NCBI RefSeq assembly: GCF_001194135.2
Contig: NC_068981.1
Location: forward strand, 154,147,297-154,211,296
Direction of reading: 5' to 3'
From: Octopus bimaculoides
Taxonomy: Eukaryota
DNA length: 64,000 bases
Within the stretch, counting starts at the first letter, position 1; each line of letters starts with the position of its first letter. Below are positions 27,531-39,589 of the stretch, in pieces. The notes beneath the pieces were generated by a model. That model ran no database searches. It saw nothing but the letters and a program-made list of their open reading frames with translations, and was not told the DNA's origin. Made by a program: the position numbers and the translations under genes.

Positions 27531-28142
27531 NNNNNNNNNNNNNNNNNNNNNNNNNNNNNNNNNNNNNNNNNNNNNNNNNNNNNNNNNNNNNNNNNNNNNN
27601 NNNNNNNNNNNNNNNNNNNNNNNNNNNNNNNNNNNNNNNNNNNNNNNNNNNNNNNNNNNNNNNNNNNNNNNNNNNNNNNNNNNNNNNNNNNNNNNNNNNN
27701 NNNNNNNNNNNNNNNNNNNNNNNNNNNNNNNNNNNNNNNNNNNNNNNNNNNNNNNNNNNNNNNNNNNNNNNNNNNNNNNNNNNNNNNNNNNNNNNNNNNN
27801 NNNNNNNNNNNNNNNNNNNNNNNNNNNNNNNNNNNNNNNNNNNNNNNNNNNNNNNNNNNNNNNNNNNNNNNNNNNNNNNNNNNNNNNNNNNNNNNNNNNN
27901 NNNNNNNNNNNNNNNNNNNNNNNNNNNNNNNNNNNNNNNNNNNNNNNNNNNNNNNNNNNNNNNNNNNNNNNNNNNNNNNNNNNNNNNNNNNNNNNNNNNN
28001 NNNNNNNNNNNNNNNNNNNNNNNNNNNNNNNNNNNNNNNNNNNNNNNNNNNNNNNNNNNNNNNNNNNNNNNNNNNNNNNNNNNNNNNNNNNNNNNNNNNN
28101 NNNNNNNNNNNNNNNNNNNNNNNNNNNNNNNNNNNNNNNNNN
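27531..28142. other. Assembly gap (largest)
   Basis: N run; other gaps at 16402-16537, 23565-23635, 26060-26069, 29067-29180, 35733-35775, 60915-60924. Confidence 1.
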
Positions 28143-28718
28143 GGTGATGTACAGAAATTATATAGAAAAAATTAATTAAGGTACTCAGGAACCTGGATGT
28201 TTGTACATTTACAGGTTTTTGTTAATGTCACATATTAAATGAAACGCTTTTCACCTAGTCGTGTAGGTTTTTCAAAGGCTTCTTTCAGTTTCCATCTACC
28301 AAATCCACTCACAAGGCTTTGGTTGGCCTGAGGCTATAGTAGAAGACACTTGCCCAAGGTGCCATGCAGTGTGACTGAACCTGGAACCATGTGGTTGGGA
28401 AGCAAGCTTCTTACTTCACAGCCAGCCGGCTAATTGCAGTACCAGTAGTATTTAATCGACTGTTTTACTATATCAGTAGTGGCTAATTTTATCTTAGCAT
28501 GTGGATACTTTCTACTAATAAAACCCTAAGAGGCAGAAATACATATTTAGCAATGCAACCACTTCTGGTGAAGGATTTTTGTTAGCTACTGATATATTTC
28601 TAATTTTTTTAATGCTATTCATTTACAAGAGATGTTTTTTCTTGAGATGAATGCTGTAGTCTATAAAGCTTTCAGTGTTGTATCTACTTTAAGTGTGACA
28701 CAGATTGCTGTGTGTGTT

Positions 28719-28756
<38 letters not shown>

Positions 28757-29894
28757 TAGATAGATGTATGTATATATATATATACACATCTGTCTATGTA
28801 TGTATGCATGATAGATCACTAAGCACTAAACCTATTTCTATTTTCTATTTTCTCTCCCTGTTTATTTCTGTGTTCCTTTCTGTCAAAGAGCGTAGGCCCG
28901 AAACGTAAAAGACTTTCTCACTTCCTGAGCATTAAACTAATACATCTGTTTGTTGTTTACACATCTGTCTTCATCTTTTGTTTTTTTGTAAATTCTCACT
29001 ATATATATATACATATATATATATACATATATATATATACATATATATATATACATACATATATATNNNNNNNNNNNNNNNNNNNNNNNNNNNNNNNNNN
29101 NNNNNNNNNNNNNNNNNNNNNNNNNNNNNNNNNNNNNNNNNNNNNNNNNNNNNNNNNNNNNNNNNNNNNNNNNNNNNNNNAGGAATGACCAGCAAAAGGG
29201 GACTCCTATATGCTAGAAATAGATGCCGAATCATCTAACCACGAAAAAAAAAAATATGTTCTCAGTAAAAATTCAGTGACACAACAGACTGTAAAAGGGC
29301 AAGACAAATGAAAAAATACTAAATAAAAAACGATTAACCTATGTACCATGGTTTCACCTGTTAAAATTTACATAAGTAAATATCTGCAGGCTTGTCAGCG
29401 TAGTCCGTTGATTCGCAATGCAATTTCCAGAACTAGACACAAGACGTCCACCCGAAAGGAGCACGTGTAGAGTTCTACAAATTACATTCAGTGTATCATT
29501 TCAAATGTCTTCAATCTGGCGTGCTAAGTCCGGAAATAATTCTGCAGTTAATAAATTTTTGCAGCTAATCTACCAGTTTGAGAACATTATTATATAAAAT
29601 TTATTAATGAGGGTAGAAATTGATATTAATCAATTAAAACCAGTGGTCTAGCATATTTAAAAAATCCTATATATATATGTATATATATATATATATATTA
29701 ATATAACAGAAGGTTGCAATATTTCACCAAAAAGGAGAATTATAATTGTCACTAAATGTGACTAGGGTGTTAAGAAATACCTACATTGCTAGAAATAAGA
29801 GCTAAAATGCTCTAATGCTGTAGTTAACACACATGAATGAAAACATACACACTAACAGGAACCAGAATTGTCTGAAAAGTGCCAATTCAGAATT

Positions 29895-29943
29895 CTTAAT
29901 ACTGACGTCAGTTTCGGCAATTTCTGTTGCCTCATCAGTTAAG
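29895..29943 (-). ncRNA. Type I hammerhead ribozyme, intact core (family H1, copy 1)
   Basis: Minus strand reads CTTAA-CTGATGA-GGCAA-CAGAAA-TTGCC-GAA-ACTGACGTCAGT-A-TTAAG: stem I CTTAA/TTAAG, canonical CUGAUGA and GAAA core, 5-bp stem II, palindromic helix III, GUA cleavage triplet (predicted cut between 29900 and 29899). Confidence 0.85.
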
Positions 29944-30050
29944 CCTGCTTGACATTGGATTTTTTCAGACTAGCTTCTCTATTAGAATATATGTTTTTGT
30001 CATCCAAATTAAAAGAAAAGTTAGTCTGTAAAAAGCCAAAATCAAGCAGG

Positions 30051-30099
30051 CTTAACTGCTGAGGCAATGGAAGTTGCCGAAACTGACGTCAGTATTAAG
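30051..30099 (+). ncRNA. Type I hammerhead ribozyme, core mutant (H1 copy 2)
   Basis: CTTAA-CTGCTGA-GGCAA-TGGAAG-TTGCC-GAA-ACTGACGTCAGT-A-TTAAG; all helices intact, but core A6 is changed to C, so probably impaired. Confidence 0.7.
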
Positions 30100-30405
30100 A
30101 ATTCTCAATTGGCACTTTTCAGATGATTCAGGTCCCTGTTAGTGTATATGTTTTCATTCATGTGCATTAACTACAGCATTGGAGCAGTTTAGCTCTTACT
30201 TCTGGCAGTGTAGGCGTTTCTTAACACCCTAGTCACATTTAGGGATAATTATAAATCTCCTTTATGGTGAAACATTGCAAACTGCTGTTTATATTAATTT
30301 TCTGTATACACATTAGCAAATCGCTAAATCATGTATTAATTTAGATGATGCAAACATACATTCTAATTGAGAAACTAGTCTGAAAAAAAGGCAAGATTCT
30401 GTGAG

Positions 30406-30454
30406 CTTAACTGATGAGGCAACAGAAATTGCTGAAACTGATGTCAGTATTAAG
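30406..30454 (+). ncRNA. Type I hammerhead ribozyme (H1 copy 3)
   Basis: CTTAA-CTGATGA-GGCAA-CAGAAA-TTGCT-GAA-ACTGATGTCAGT-A-TTAAG; core intact, G-U wobble at the base of stem II, CpG decay in the helix III palindrome. Confidence 0.8.
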
Positions 30455-30607
30455 GATTCTCGATTGGCACTTTTCGGACAATTCAGGTCCCAGTTAGTGT
30501 ATATTTTTTCCTTTATGTGCATTAACTACAGCATAGAGCATTTAGCTCTTATTTCTAGCAATGTAGGGGTTTCTTAACACCCTAGTCATACACACACAGA
30601 CACATAT

Positions 30608-30665
<58 letters not shown>

Positions 30666-32035
30666 GTATGTATGTATGTATGTATGTATGTATGTATGTA
30701 TGTATGTATGTATGTATGTGTGTGTATATGATGGACTTCCACACAGTTTCTGTCTAGCAATTTTCAGAGAAGGTATGGTCGACTTGAGGATAAAGAAGAT
30801 ATGTACCCAAGGTGCTATGATAGAACTCAAAACCATATCATAGTGAAGGAAACTTCTTAGCACTGCTATACCTGCTTTCTGCTACTTGCTATTCTCCAGA
30901 ATCACCAGTGTAGAATTTATGGGTTTTTTTCTTGTTTGGAGATATGTGTTATCAAAATATTTCATTAAATCAATGTGGCATATTGTAGAACTCCTAAAAG
31001 GTTAAAGGCTGCAGCTGTTTCAAAGGAACTTTTCCTTATAAAAAAAAAAAAAAGAAGTGAAGAAAAAGCAGGGAGAAATTACCAATACTAATCTGATGTT
31101 CTTATTCAATACTTGCAAAATATTTCCATTTTGGTTGTTATTGATAACCCTTAAGTAAAAACTACTTAAACATAAATAAAAGTAATAATTACCATTCAGC
31201 TCATTATGATAATTTTCTCCTATCATTATGTAAGTATTTTTTGATGAAATCTTGAGATATATATATTTGAGATTATATTTACCTACTTGTTATTCGTTCT
31301 TTGTGTTTGTTTTTGTAACTGAAACCAGCAGGTACATACAAGCTATTGCAAGACTAATGGTATGTGAACTAGAAGGAAGAAATGTTAGCAAGTAGCTAGT
31401 TGCTATATTTAGTGTTTGATATAGCCACGCATAAAAGAATGAAACCGAATTATCTTTTTGTCTGAGATTTCCTGTTGCTTAAAAACGTAGTACAAGAAAA
31501 CTTTGCCAGAGACATATTCATGAACATCCTACTCTTTTATTTTCAACAGACATGGTAAGATGATATTTCAAGATGCTGTTGTAGTATTCTGAATGTAAAA
31601 ATTAACATAGTTAATGATGACAATAGTGATGATGATGTTGGTGTTTATTTAAATTTTAATGGCTTAATCAAAGGAGGAAGAGCAGTTTCCATGATTTCTT
31701 TCCAAGGCATCTGAGACTAGTGAGAGAAACAAAGGAAGATCAGAGGCCTGATGCAAATGCTTGCAACAGAGTCGATTCCACAAAAGGCCAGAGCTGATGG
31801 TGGTGCTATTTTAACCATGCAATGGATTAAGTCTACAACCCAAAATAAAGAACAGTTCCTCCAACAGGTTTCCACACTGTTTCCATCTTCCAAATTTCAC
31901 TCATGAGACATTGGTTGACTTGAGGTTAAAATAAAAGACACTTTCTCAAGATGCCATACAGTGAGATTGATCCTGAGACTCACAGTTGCAAAGCAAACTT
32001 CTTAAGCTTGCTTCCATACCTGTTACTGATAATGA

Positions 32036-32038
32036 TGG

Positions 32039-32092
<54 letters not shown>

Positions 32093-32120
32093 CGACGACG
32101 ATGGCGATGACGATGACGAA
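32036..32120. repeat. (GAT)n/(GAC)n microsatellite
   Basis: Direct read. Confidence 0.95.
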
Positions 32121-32359
32121 TGTGATGGTGGTGATGTCTTTTTTGATTTATTGAACTCTATGATTTACAACTAACGAGGAACCTAAGGGTTTCTCAACCC
32201 TTCAAAATCAGTAGTTCCCAGATTTTTCTATGTCCTGCATCCTTAAAAAGTGTTTGATTAATTTTCACACCCCTACAAAAGTGATGTCACATTTGAAGAT
32301 GTAAAAGTCAATTTTGTAATAATTTTCTTTAAAACTGAACCCATTAAGTATTTTGGGCA

Positions 32360-32850
32360 ATGCGAAGACCTGTTGGGGCAAGTGAAAGCGAAATCGTGAT
32401 GTCACCTGTACCAGTGGAGCACTAAGAGCACTGTCCGAGCGTGATCATTGCTAGAGCAGCTGTCTGGCTTCCATGTTGGTGGCCCGTAAATAGCACCATT
32501 TGAGCGTGATCGTTACCACTTGTGCCGGTGGCACGTGAAAAAACATTCGAGCGAGATCATTGCCAGTGCCGCTGGACTGGCTCCTATGCAGGTGGCATGT
32601 AAAATACACCATTTCGAGTGTGGTTGTTGCCAGTACTGCCTGACTGGCCTTCGTGCCAGTGACACGTAAAAGCACCCACTACACTCTCTGAGTGGTTGGC
32701 GTTAGGAAGGGCATCCAGCTGTAGAAACTCTGCCAAATCAGATTGGAGCCTGGTGTAGCCACCTGGTTCACCAGTCTTCAGTCAAATCGTCCAACCCATG
32801 CTAGCATGGAAAGCAGACATTAAACAATGATGATGATGATGATGAAATTG
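32360..32850 (+). mobile_element. RTE LINE 3' UTR, young copy
   Basis: Near-identical to 23636-23862, CpGs retained, (GAT)n tail. Shorter 3' fragments at ~500-775(+), 7045-7225(-), 33590-33745(+), 33930-34215(+), 51645-51800(-), 53030-53125(+), 57170-57430(-), 61130-61210(+). Confidence 0.85.
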
Positions 32851-33409
32851 AACTAAAATAAATAAGAAAATAAATGTTAAATTTAGTATATAAAATGCAA
32901 ATGTAAACTGAATAATTAGAAAAAGACTGTAAACAATAAAATTATTGACAATTGTGAACATAAAACTCAATGTCTTCTTTGTTCCTGCCTCCCATTCATG
33001 ACTTTATCAAATTGTGGAACTTACCGATTGCAATCTGCCAGTCTGCTTGTTAATTCTTTGATTGATGAAGGAGAACTAAATTCAGATTCACACGTGCATG
33101 TTGTTACAAATAGAATAAGGACACAATTTTTGGTTGTAATCTCTCAAGGGTTTAATCTACATATGAAGAATAATAAAATTCTTGGTATACTTAGAACATG
33201 TTATTTTTAAGAGCTAATCATATTTTGAAAAGTAATTTTAATAAAATGTGTATTCACCATTCAGATGCTATGTTTGTTGCTTTGTGGTTAAGAAGTTTGC
33301 TTCCTAAACACATGATTTTGAGTTCAATCCCACTATATGATATTTGGTCCTTGGGCTGTCGAAGCCTTGTGAGAGAGGGTTTGGTAGACAGAAACTGAAA
33401 GAAGCCCAA

Positions 33410-33473
<64 letters not shown>

Positions 33474-34538
33474 TATGTGTGTGTTCTTGTCTTGAGTCTG
33501 CATGATGGTTGTAAAAGAATGCTGCTGTTTTACAAGCAGTGCCATTATTTTGAATCTTCCATAAAAACATGCCCAGCTAGAAGTACATGAGGGTTGGCAA
33601 GAGGAAGGTGGTTGGTGTTAGGAAGTGCATCAAGCTGTAAAAACTATGCTAAAACAGACGTGGAAGTCTGGTGCAGGCTCCTGTAAAACTGTCCAACCCA
33701 TGCTAGCATGGAAGGTGAACTTTAAACAATGATGGTGATGATGATATCCAGCCCAAATATTCTTCCTGTTTTATGTTCAAACTGACCAGATCCAGCCTCT
33801 CACACCTACCCAACATTTGTCATTCTAAACATAAACAGTCACATCACTGAAATCTGAAAGCTGTTAGAAAATACATGAGTAATTCAAAATAATATGAATG
33901 TATAAGCATAGCATCCCTTAATCTTGCAGGCTTGTAGGTGCTGGTGGCATGTAAAAAGCACCTGTGCCAGTGCTGCCTAAAAGCACCCAGTACACTCCAT
34001 AAAGTGGTTGGCATCAGGAAGGGCATCAAGCTGTAGAAACCATGCCAAAACAGACATAGAACCTGAACAGCCCTTCAGCTGGTCAGCTCTTATCCAACTG
34101 TCCGACCCATGCCAGTATGGAAAATGGATGTTAAATGACGACGACAACGACGACGATGATGACGATGACGACGACGACGATGACGACGATGACAACGACG
34201 ATGACGATACATATGACAATAATTTGAATGCTAAGGGTTAAATATTGTTAAGAATTGTATAGAACGAGTGCTAAAATATGTTGTTTATTGTAAAAGTATG
34301 ACCAATTTATTGCACATAAATTTTAACCACAAACTCTTATATGGACCCTGGTTGAGAACCTGTGCTCTATATGGTTACTCGGTCTGCTAGAAATAGCAAC
34401 CAAGTCTTCTTAAAATCATGTGTTACTGTTTCATTGGATATTACAGATGTAGATATACAAAGCAGTAATTGGATGGTCATGGCTGGAATGCCTTTGATCA
34501 GAGGTCTGCTCAGTCAGGATTGGGGTTAAGTATGCTGA

Positions 34539-34585
<47 letters not shown>

Positions 34586-35104
34586 GATTGATATTTCAGG
34601 GAAGTGAAGACTGTAGCATAGTAAATAAATAAGTTGAAAAGAATCTTGCTTGTAAAAATGAAAACCATCTGTACAATAACTTTTATTTTTAAAACTGCCA
34701 TACAATAATGCTCTTATCTTTACAAAATGTTTTTAATAAAAGATGGAATTTAGGTAATGTCTTTGTTAATGAATCATTGAAAAAATATAAACAACAGAAT
34801 AGATAATAAAACTGCAGTGAAATCTTTCAGTTTAATTTTATTTTCTGAGAAGCAAGTATCTTTGTTTGAAGTGTTTATCAATGAAGGTAACATGTAAAAA
34901 AAACCAGAAAACGTTTATTGTGGATGATAAGCTAAGTACTGTTAAAAGAAATAAGTTTTATTTTTAAGCCTGTGATATCTTTACTTTAATGTAAATGATT
35001 CATGACAAATTGGAATTCAACTGGCAATTTTGCTTTTGTTTAGGTAAGTGTTACTTGATAGTATATATTTATGATAGTATTGTATACCTGTTACTTTTTT
35101 AATT

Positions 35105-35271
35105 TTCACTTGCTTCAGTCATTGAACTTTCATGTTGGAGCATTGCTTTGACAACTGGTACATATTTTTAAAGTCTGGTACTTATTCTATTGGTCTATTT
35201 TGCTGAACTGTTAAGTTACTGGGATGTAAACAAACCAACACTGGTTGTGAAGTGGTGGTGGTGGAAGACAT

Positions 35272-35306
<35 letters not shown>

Positions 35307-35688
35307 GAGGTTTCATTCAGTTTCTGTCTAATAAATTCCCTCACAAGGCATTGGACAGCCTGGGGCTATAGAAGACACCTGCCTAATGTGCTGTGCAGTG
35401 GAACTGAACCCAAAACCATGTGGTAGTAAAACGAGTTTCTTAACTGCATAGCTATGCCTGCAGCTATCTTTGTCTCACTTGTTTCAGTCATTAGACAGCA
35501 GCCATGCTGGGGCACCGCCTTGAAGAACTTTTTAGTCAAATGAATTGATTCTAAGTCTGGTACTAATTCTATCAGTCTCTTTTGCCAAACTGCTAAGTTA
35601 CAGGATAAAAACACTGGTTGTCTAGTGGTGGTGGAAGTCAAACATAGACTCAAAGACAGACATATACACACACACATGTGCAGACACG

Positions 35689-35732
<44 letters not shown>

Positions 35733-35940
35733 NNNNNNNNNNNNNNNNNNNNNNNNNNNNNNNNNNNNNNNNNNNATATATACATATACATACACACAAT
35801 GGTCTTTCAGTTTCCATCCACTGAATCCACCCACAAGACTTTGGTTGGCCCAAGGCTATAGTAGAAGCCTCTTGCCCAAGGTGCCATGCGTGGGACTGAA
35901 CTCGGAACCTAGGAAGCAAACTTCTTACCACACAGCCACA
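35105..35940 (-). mobile_element. Two adjacent SINE A copies (35105-35460, 35465-35940)
   Basis: Both on the minus strand; the N gap falls in the internal (TA)n of the second. Confidence 0.85.
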
Positions 35941-36769
35941 CATGTAGTTAATTTAATGGTAGTGGATTTTCTTTAACAATGTTATTGTATGCCAGTGGTT
36001 CCAAAACAGTATGCTGAGGCAGGCATACTGTTATGTAGGGACTCCTAAAAAAATTTGGTTGAGTGGAACAGAACTATTTTCAGGCCCCAGGTTGGTGATG
36101 GCAGTGGGAAGTTTTCACAAAATTCAAGAGTGCTAAGCATCTCTTTTTTGGGAGAGGCCCTGAGGATAGTCATGCTCCCTTCTTTGGCTCCCTAGGTCCT
36201 GATCAATGTAATTGCTGAACCCTAACTTTCTTTGATCCTGTTGATGTGCAGCAAAATGTAGTTAGATATGCTGCAAAATTTATTTTTAAAATATGAAAAA
36301 TAGATTAAATTCTAAAATTCATAAATTTGTTATATTTATTGAATAAAAGGCTAAATACTTAAATTTTTGTAGTTTAAATTTACGTATAATTTATAGGCTA
36401 AAATATATAAATATATTTTTATGATTCTCCTTTTTAGTTTATGCCCAGTGAGAACTTTATATTTTTAATTGCTCTAAAGTGTGCTGTGAGTAAATAAAAA
36501 AATAAAAGTTCAGGAAGTCATGGGATTGGATGACAACTCAAATATTTCAAATTTTTTTATTAACAAAAGTTCAAAAAATGAAGAGCTAAGTAAATAGAAA
36601 TTTAAGCAAAAAACAAGTTAATATTTGTTTGAATATTGAGTATTTTTACTAATGCTGTTTAAATACTATGTTATTGTAGTTATTACTTTGCTGCGATAGA
36701 CTTGTAATCAGAAGTATTTCAACTATGATATCCAAGCTTTTATTCAGATATAGACTTTTTTTTTAAGAT

Positions 36770-37300
36770 TGTTTGGTGTGGAGAAAATGGCTGTATTCTC
36801 TGAGAATGTTGAGTTTGATGTGGTTGATGTTCTTGAGAAAATGTAAACCAATGACTGCAGGGAAAAAGCAGAGACTGAAGGGGAATTCTGGATGGGTGAT
36901 ATTTGGGGGAGAAAGGATTGAGTATAGTGGTTAATGTAGGATCTGAGGTCGGAGAGGCATAATATGGGTGGTGAAAGGAGAAGTGAGCCTTAGGGAAGGG
37001 AACTTGAGATCTACTGGTTCTAAGAAGCAGAACCCCTTGTAGTAGCAGAAAAGGTAGATTAATAAGACATGTCCGGGAATTGGAGATTAAAGGTGTTGGC
37101 GACTTCATATGTTTTCCCTCTTATAAGATGATAGCAAGGGAGATATGACTGCTATTTTTGGCAGTTTGAGTGATCACATAGAGTCTCTTTATTGGATAAT
37201 GAGTTAACAATAGTAGCATAACGGCTTGGATTTGAGAGGGAAAGAACTACTGCTTCTATTCACAACGATTGTGTTTGATCTTTTTTTTCCAGATGAAAGG
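36770..37300 (-). mobile_element. CR1/L2-group LINE 3' remnant
   Basis: YLFCYYKGFCFLEPVDL...FPAVIGLHFLKNINHIKL resembles the LFYRYY.G.CS.EL...FP....L..FK..VN tail of CR1-group ORF2. Confidence 0.5.
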
Positions 37301-38999
37301 CAGAATGTAGCATTAAATGAAGCCTATAAATATTAAACATGCTTTTCAGCTATAGAGGGAGCTGTTATCTGGTTACTTGAACTACTAGAGATAGCAGTCA
37401 AATCTTCATGTCAGGCCCCATTGTATTTGGATAGTATAATCCTGATAACACTGTGTCTTGGTAAAAGATGAGATGGTCATGATTAGAATGCCTTTGATCA
37501 TACATTTATTTAATTATGGTTGACCTGAGGCTAAACAATAACAACATACAAAGCATTTGTGTGTGTATGATACTACCTAACAACAATACATGGATAGTGA
37601 ATTCAAAGGATGTGCAGTAAATGAAAAGAAATTAGCTGAGCATAATTATTTGGATGAATGATTTGAACTTCTGAGAAGAGTTAAAGCACAAGCTAGTTAA
37701 GACAGCAACTAGATGTCAAAGGAACTTAGTTGATGTAGGCAGGTAAGATGACTATGGTTGGTATAAACATGCAATGCAAATGAATGATGCATGTTGAGTT
37801 AAGTGTTGTAATTTAAATATGGTGTGTGTTCCCTTGAAAATGTAAACCAAGAGAGGCTTATAAAATAGTTTACACAAGCTTGAAAATGTATTGTGTTGCT
37901 GAACAGATGATATAGGATTAGCAAGTATGACTAACTGTAAATTTAAAAGAAAAATTTGATGATGTACCAGTCTCTGTATTCTTTATAATTGTTTGAAATC
38001 TACACTCTTGATAATGTTTATAATCCAGAGAAGTGAACCTGGAGTAACCCATCATAAAAATTACAGCATGATTACTAATACCAAACAATTATTAACACTT
38101 GTTACTACTTAATGCGGTTAGCCATAATCCAGAACATACCTGAGAGCTACCATGGTATTCACCTCGATAATTTATCCCTATACACTCACCTTAAATATAT
38201 ATATATATATATATATATGATACAACAGGCTTCTTTCATACAACATACAACAGGCTTCTTTCAGTTTCTGTCTACCAAATTTACTAACAAAGCTTTGGTT
38301 AGCCCAAGGCTATAGCGGAAAACACTTAAGATGCCATGATGGAGGACTGAATCTAGAACCATGTGGTTTGGAAGCAAGCTTCTTATCACACGCCCACTCC
38401 AGCTTAGTTTACCACTTATTTACAACTATGTTGAATTTAACAAAAACCTATCCTTTTTTTTTTTTTTTTCAAAAATGCGGTAACTCTTTAGGAGTGAGTT
38501 TGATATAAATCAGACATTGTGCCATTGACCTGCTTGTCAAGAATCTGTATCTGTTGTTGGTTTGCCACTGTAGTTATTCAATGTCTGTTGTTAATTATTA
38601 TACTGATGAACAGAATGTTAATTCAAGATGAATGCCTGACAACCCAGAAAACTGGAGAAGGTGAGATGTTTATATTTTCCAGATTGGATCCTATTTTATT
38701 ATAGAAGGTGCAGGCATGGCTGTGTGGTTAAGAAGCTTGCTTTCCAACCATGTGATCTCAGGTTCAGTCCCACTGCACAGCACCTTGAGTAAGTATCCTC
38801 TACTATAGCATTTTGAGTAGATTTGGTAGATGGAAACTGAAAAGAAGTTCATTGTTTATATAAAACAATGATAATGATGATGATGATGATGATGTCTTAC
38901 TTAGGTACAAGGCCAAAAAGTAGGGATAGGTAGAGTGCAGAACAAGAGATGCAACATGTCCTTATGAGTTTAGCTGTATTATTACATAGAGCTTCAATA

Positions 39000-39200
39000 G
39001 ATAGATATCCTTCTTACTTGCTTCATGCTCTTGCTTGATGGGGCTGGGGTCATCCAAGGTTAGTAGTCCCAGAGGCGTCATCATACATAGAGCTGACCAG
39101 GTCCACTAGTGCTTCCTATCACTAGCAGTCTCATGCCAGCCCCCTCTACATCCTCCAGGATGATGTCAAGCCTCTGGATTAATCACATCTGGCCATGTAA
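39000..39200 (-). mobile_element. LINE 3'-terminal remnant
   Basis: W.DVI...WHETASDRKH*W resembles the terminal W...A.DR..W motif; a similar fragment lies at ~61975-62170(-). Confidence 0.35.
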
Positions 39201-39232
39201 AAGTGTCAATTACCTTTTCTGCAGCCAGCTCT

Positions 39233-39460
39233 TTAACCCTTTAGCGTTCAGATTAATTTGTCAAAAGTAATTCTTATTTATTCACATTTAAAAAATTTTA
39301 TCTGATATTATTTTGTAGCTTCAAGATAGGAAAGATGTTATTGCTTATTTTTAGAATGACATTGCAGGGTAGGTGTAAGAAGCTGGTTTTGGCCAGTTTG
39401 AGCATAAAACGTGTAGAATATTTGGGCCGGATACAGCCGGTTTAAACACTAAAGGGTTAA
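39233..39460. mobile_element. piggyBac-type MITE family 1
   Basis: TTAA-ccctttagcgtt ... aacactaaaggg-TTAA; a degenerate copy lies at 42396-42624. Confidence 0.85.
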
Positions 39461-39497
39461 TCTTTTGACAAGATTATTTTAAATCATGCTCAATCGC

Positions 39498-39530
<33 letters not shown>

Positions 39531-39589
39531 TACAACCTCCTCACCAAATTCATGAACGAGGAGGGATTTGACCTAGTATATATCTTATT

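Larger units (their letters stand above)
29700..30590. mobile_element. Hammerhead-bearing ~355-nt repeat: inverted copy plus ~1.6 tandem copies (Penelope pLTR / retrozyme-like)
   Basis: 29714-~29980 is the reverse complement of ~30013-30280; 30335-30590 repeats the unit in direct orientation; predicted cleavage sites of copies 2 and 3 (30094, 30449) are 355 nt apart. Confidence 0.7.

Noticed and set aside
29901-29912. Perfect CRE site TGACGTCA (also at 30082-30093)
   Set aside because: It is better explained as the palindromic helix III of the hammerhead ribozyme in a repeat; there is no promoter context.
32186-34365. Possible large hAT element bounded by TIR-like ends at 32186 and 34351
   Set aside because: No matching 8-bp TSD; more likely two separate MITE fragments.
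38140-38189. Minus-strand GECIGINYRGEYHGSSQ, kringle-like, with a good donor
   Set aside because: Spacing is wrong for a kringle, the acceptor abuts a (TA)n tract, and there is no phase-compatible neighbour.
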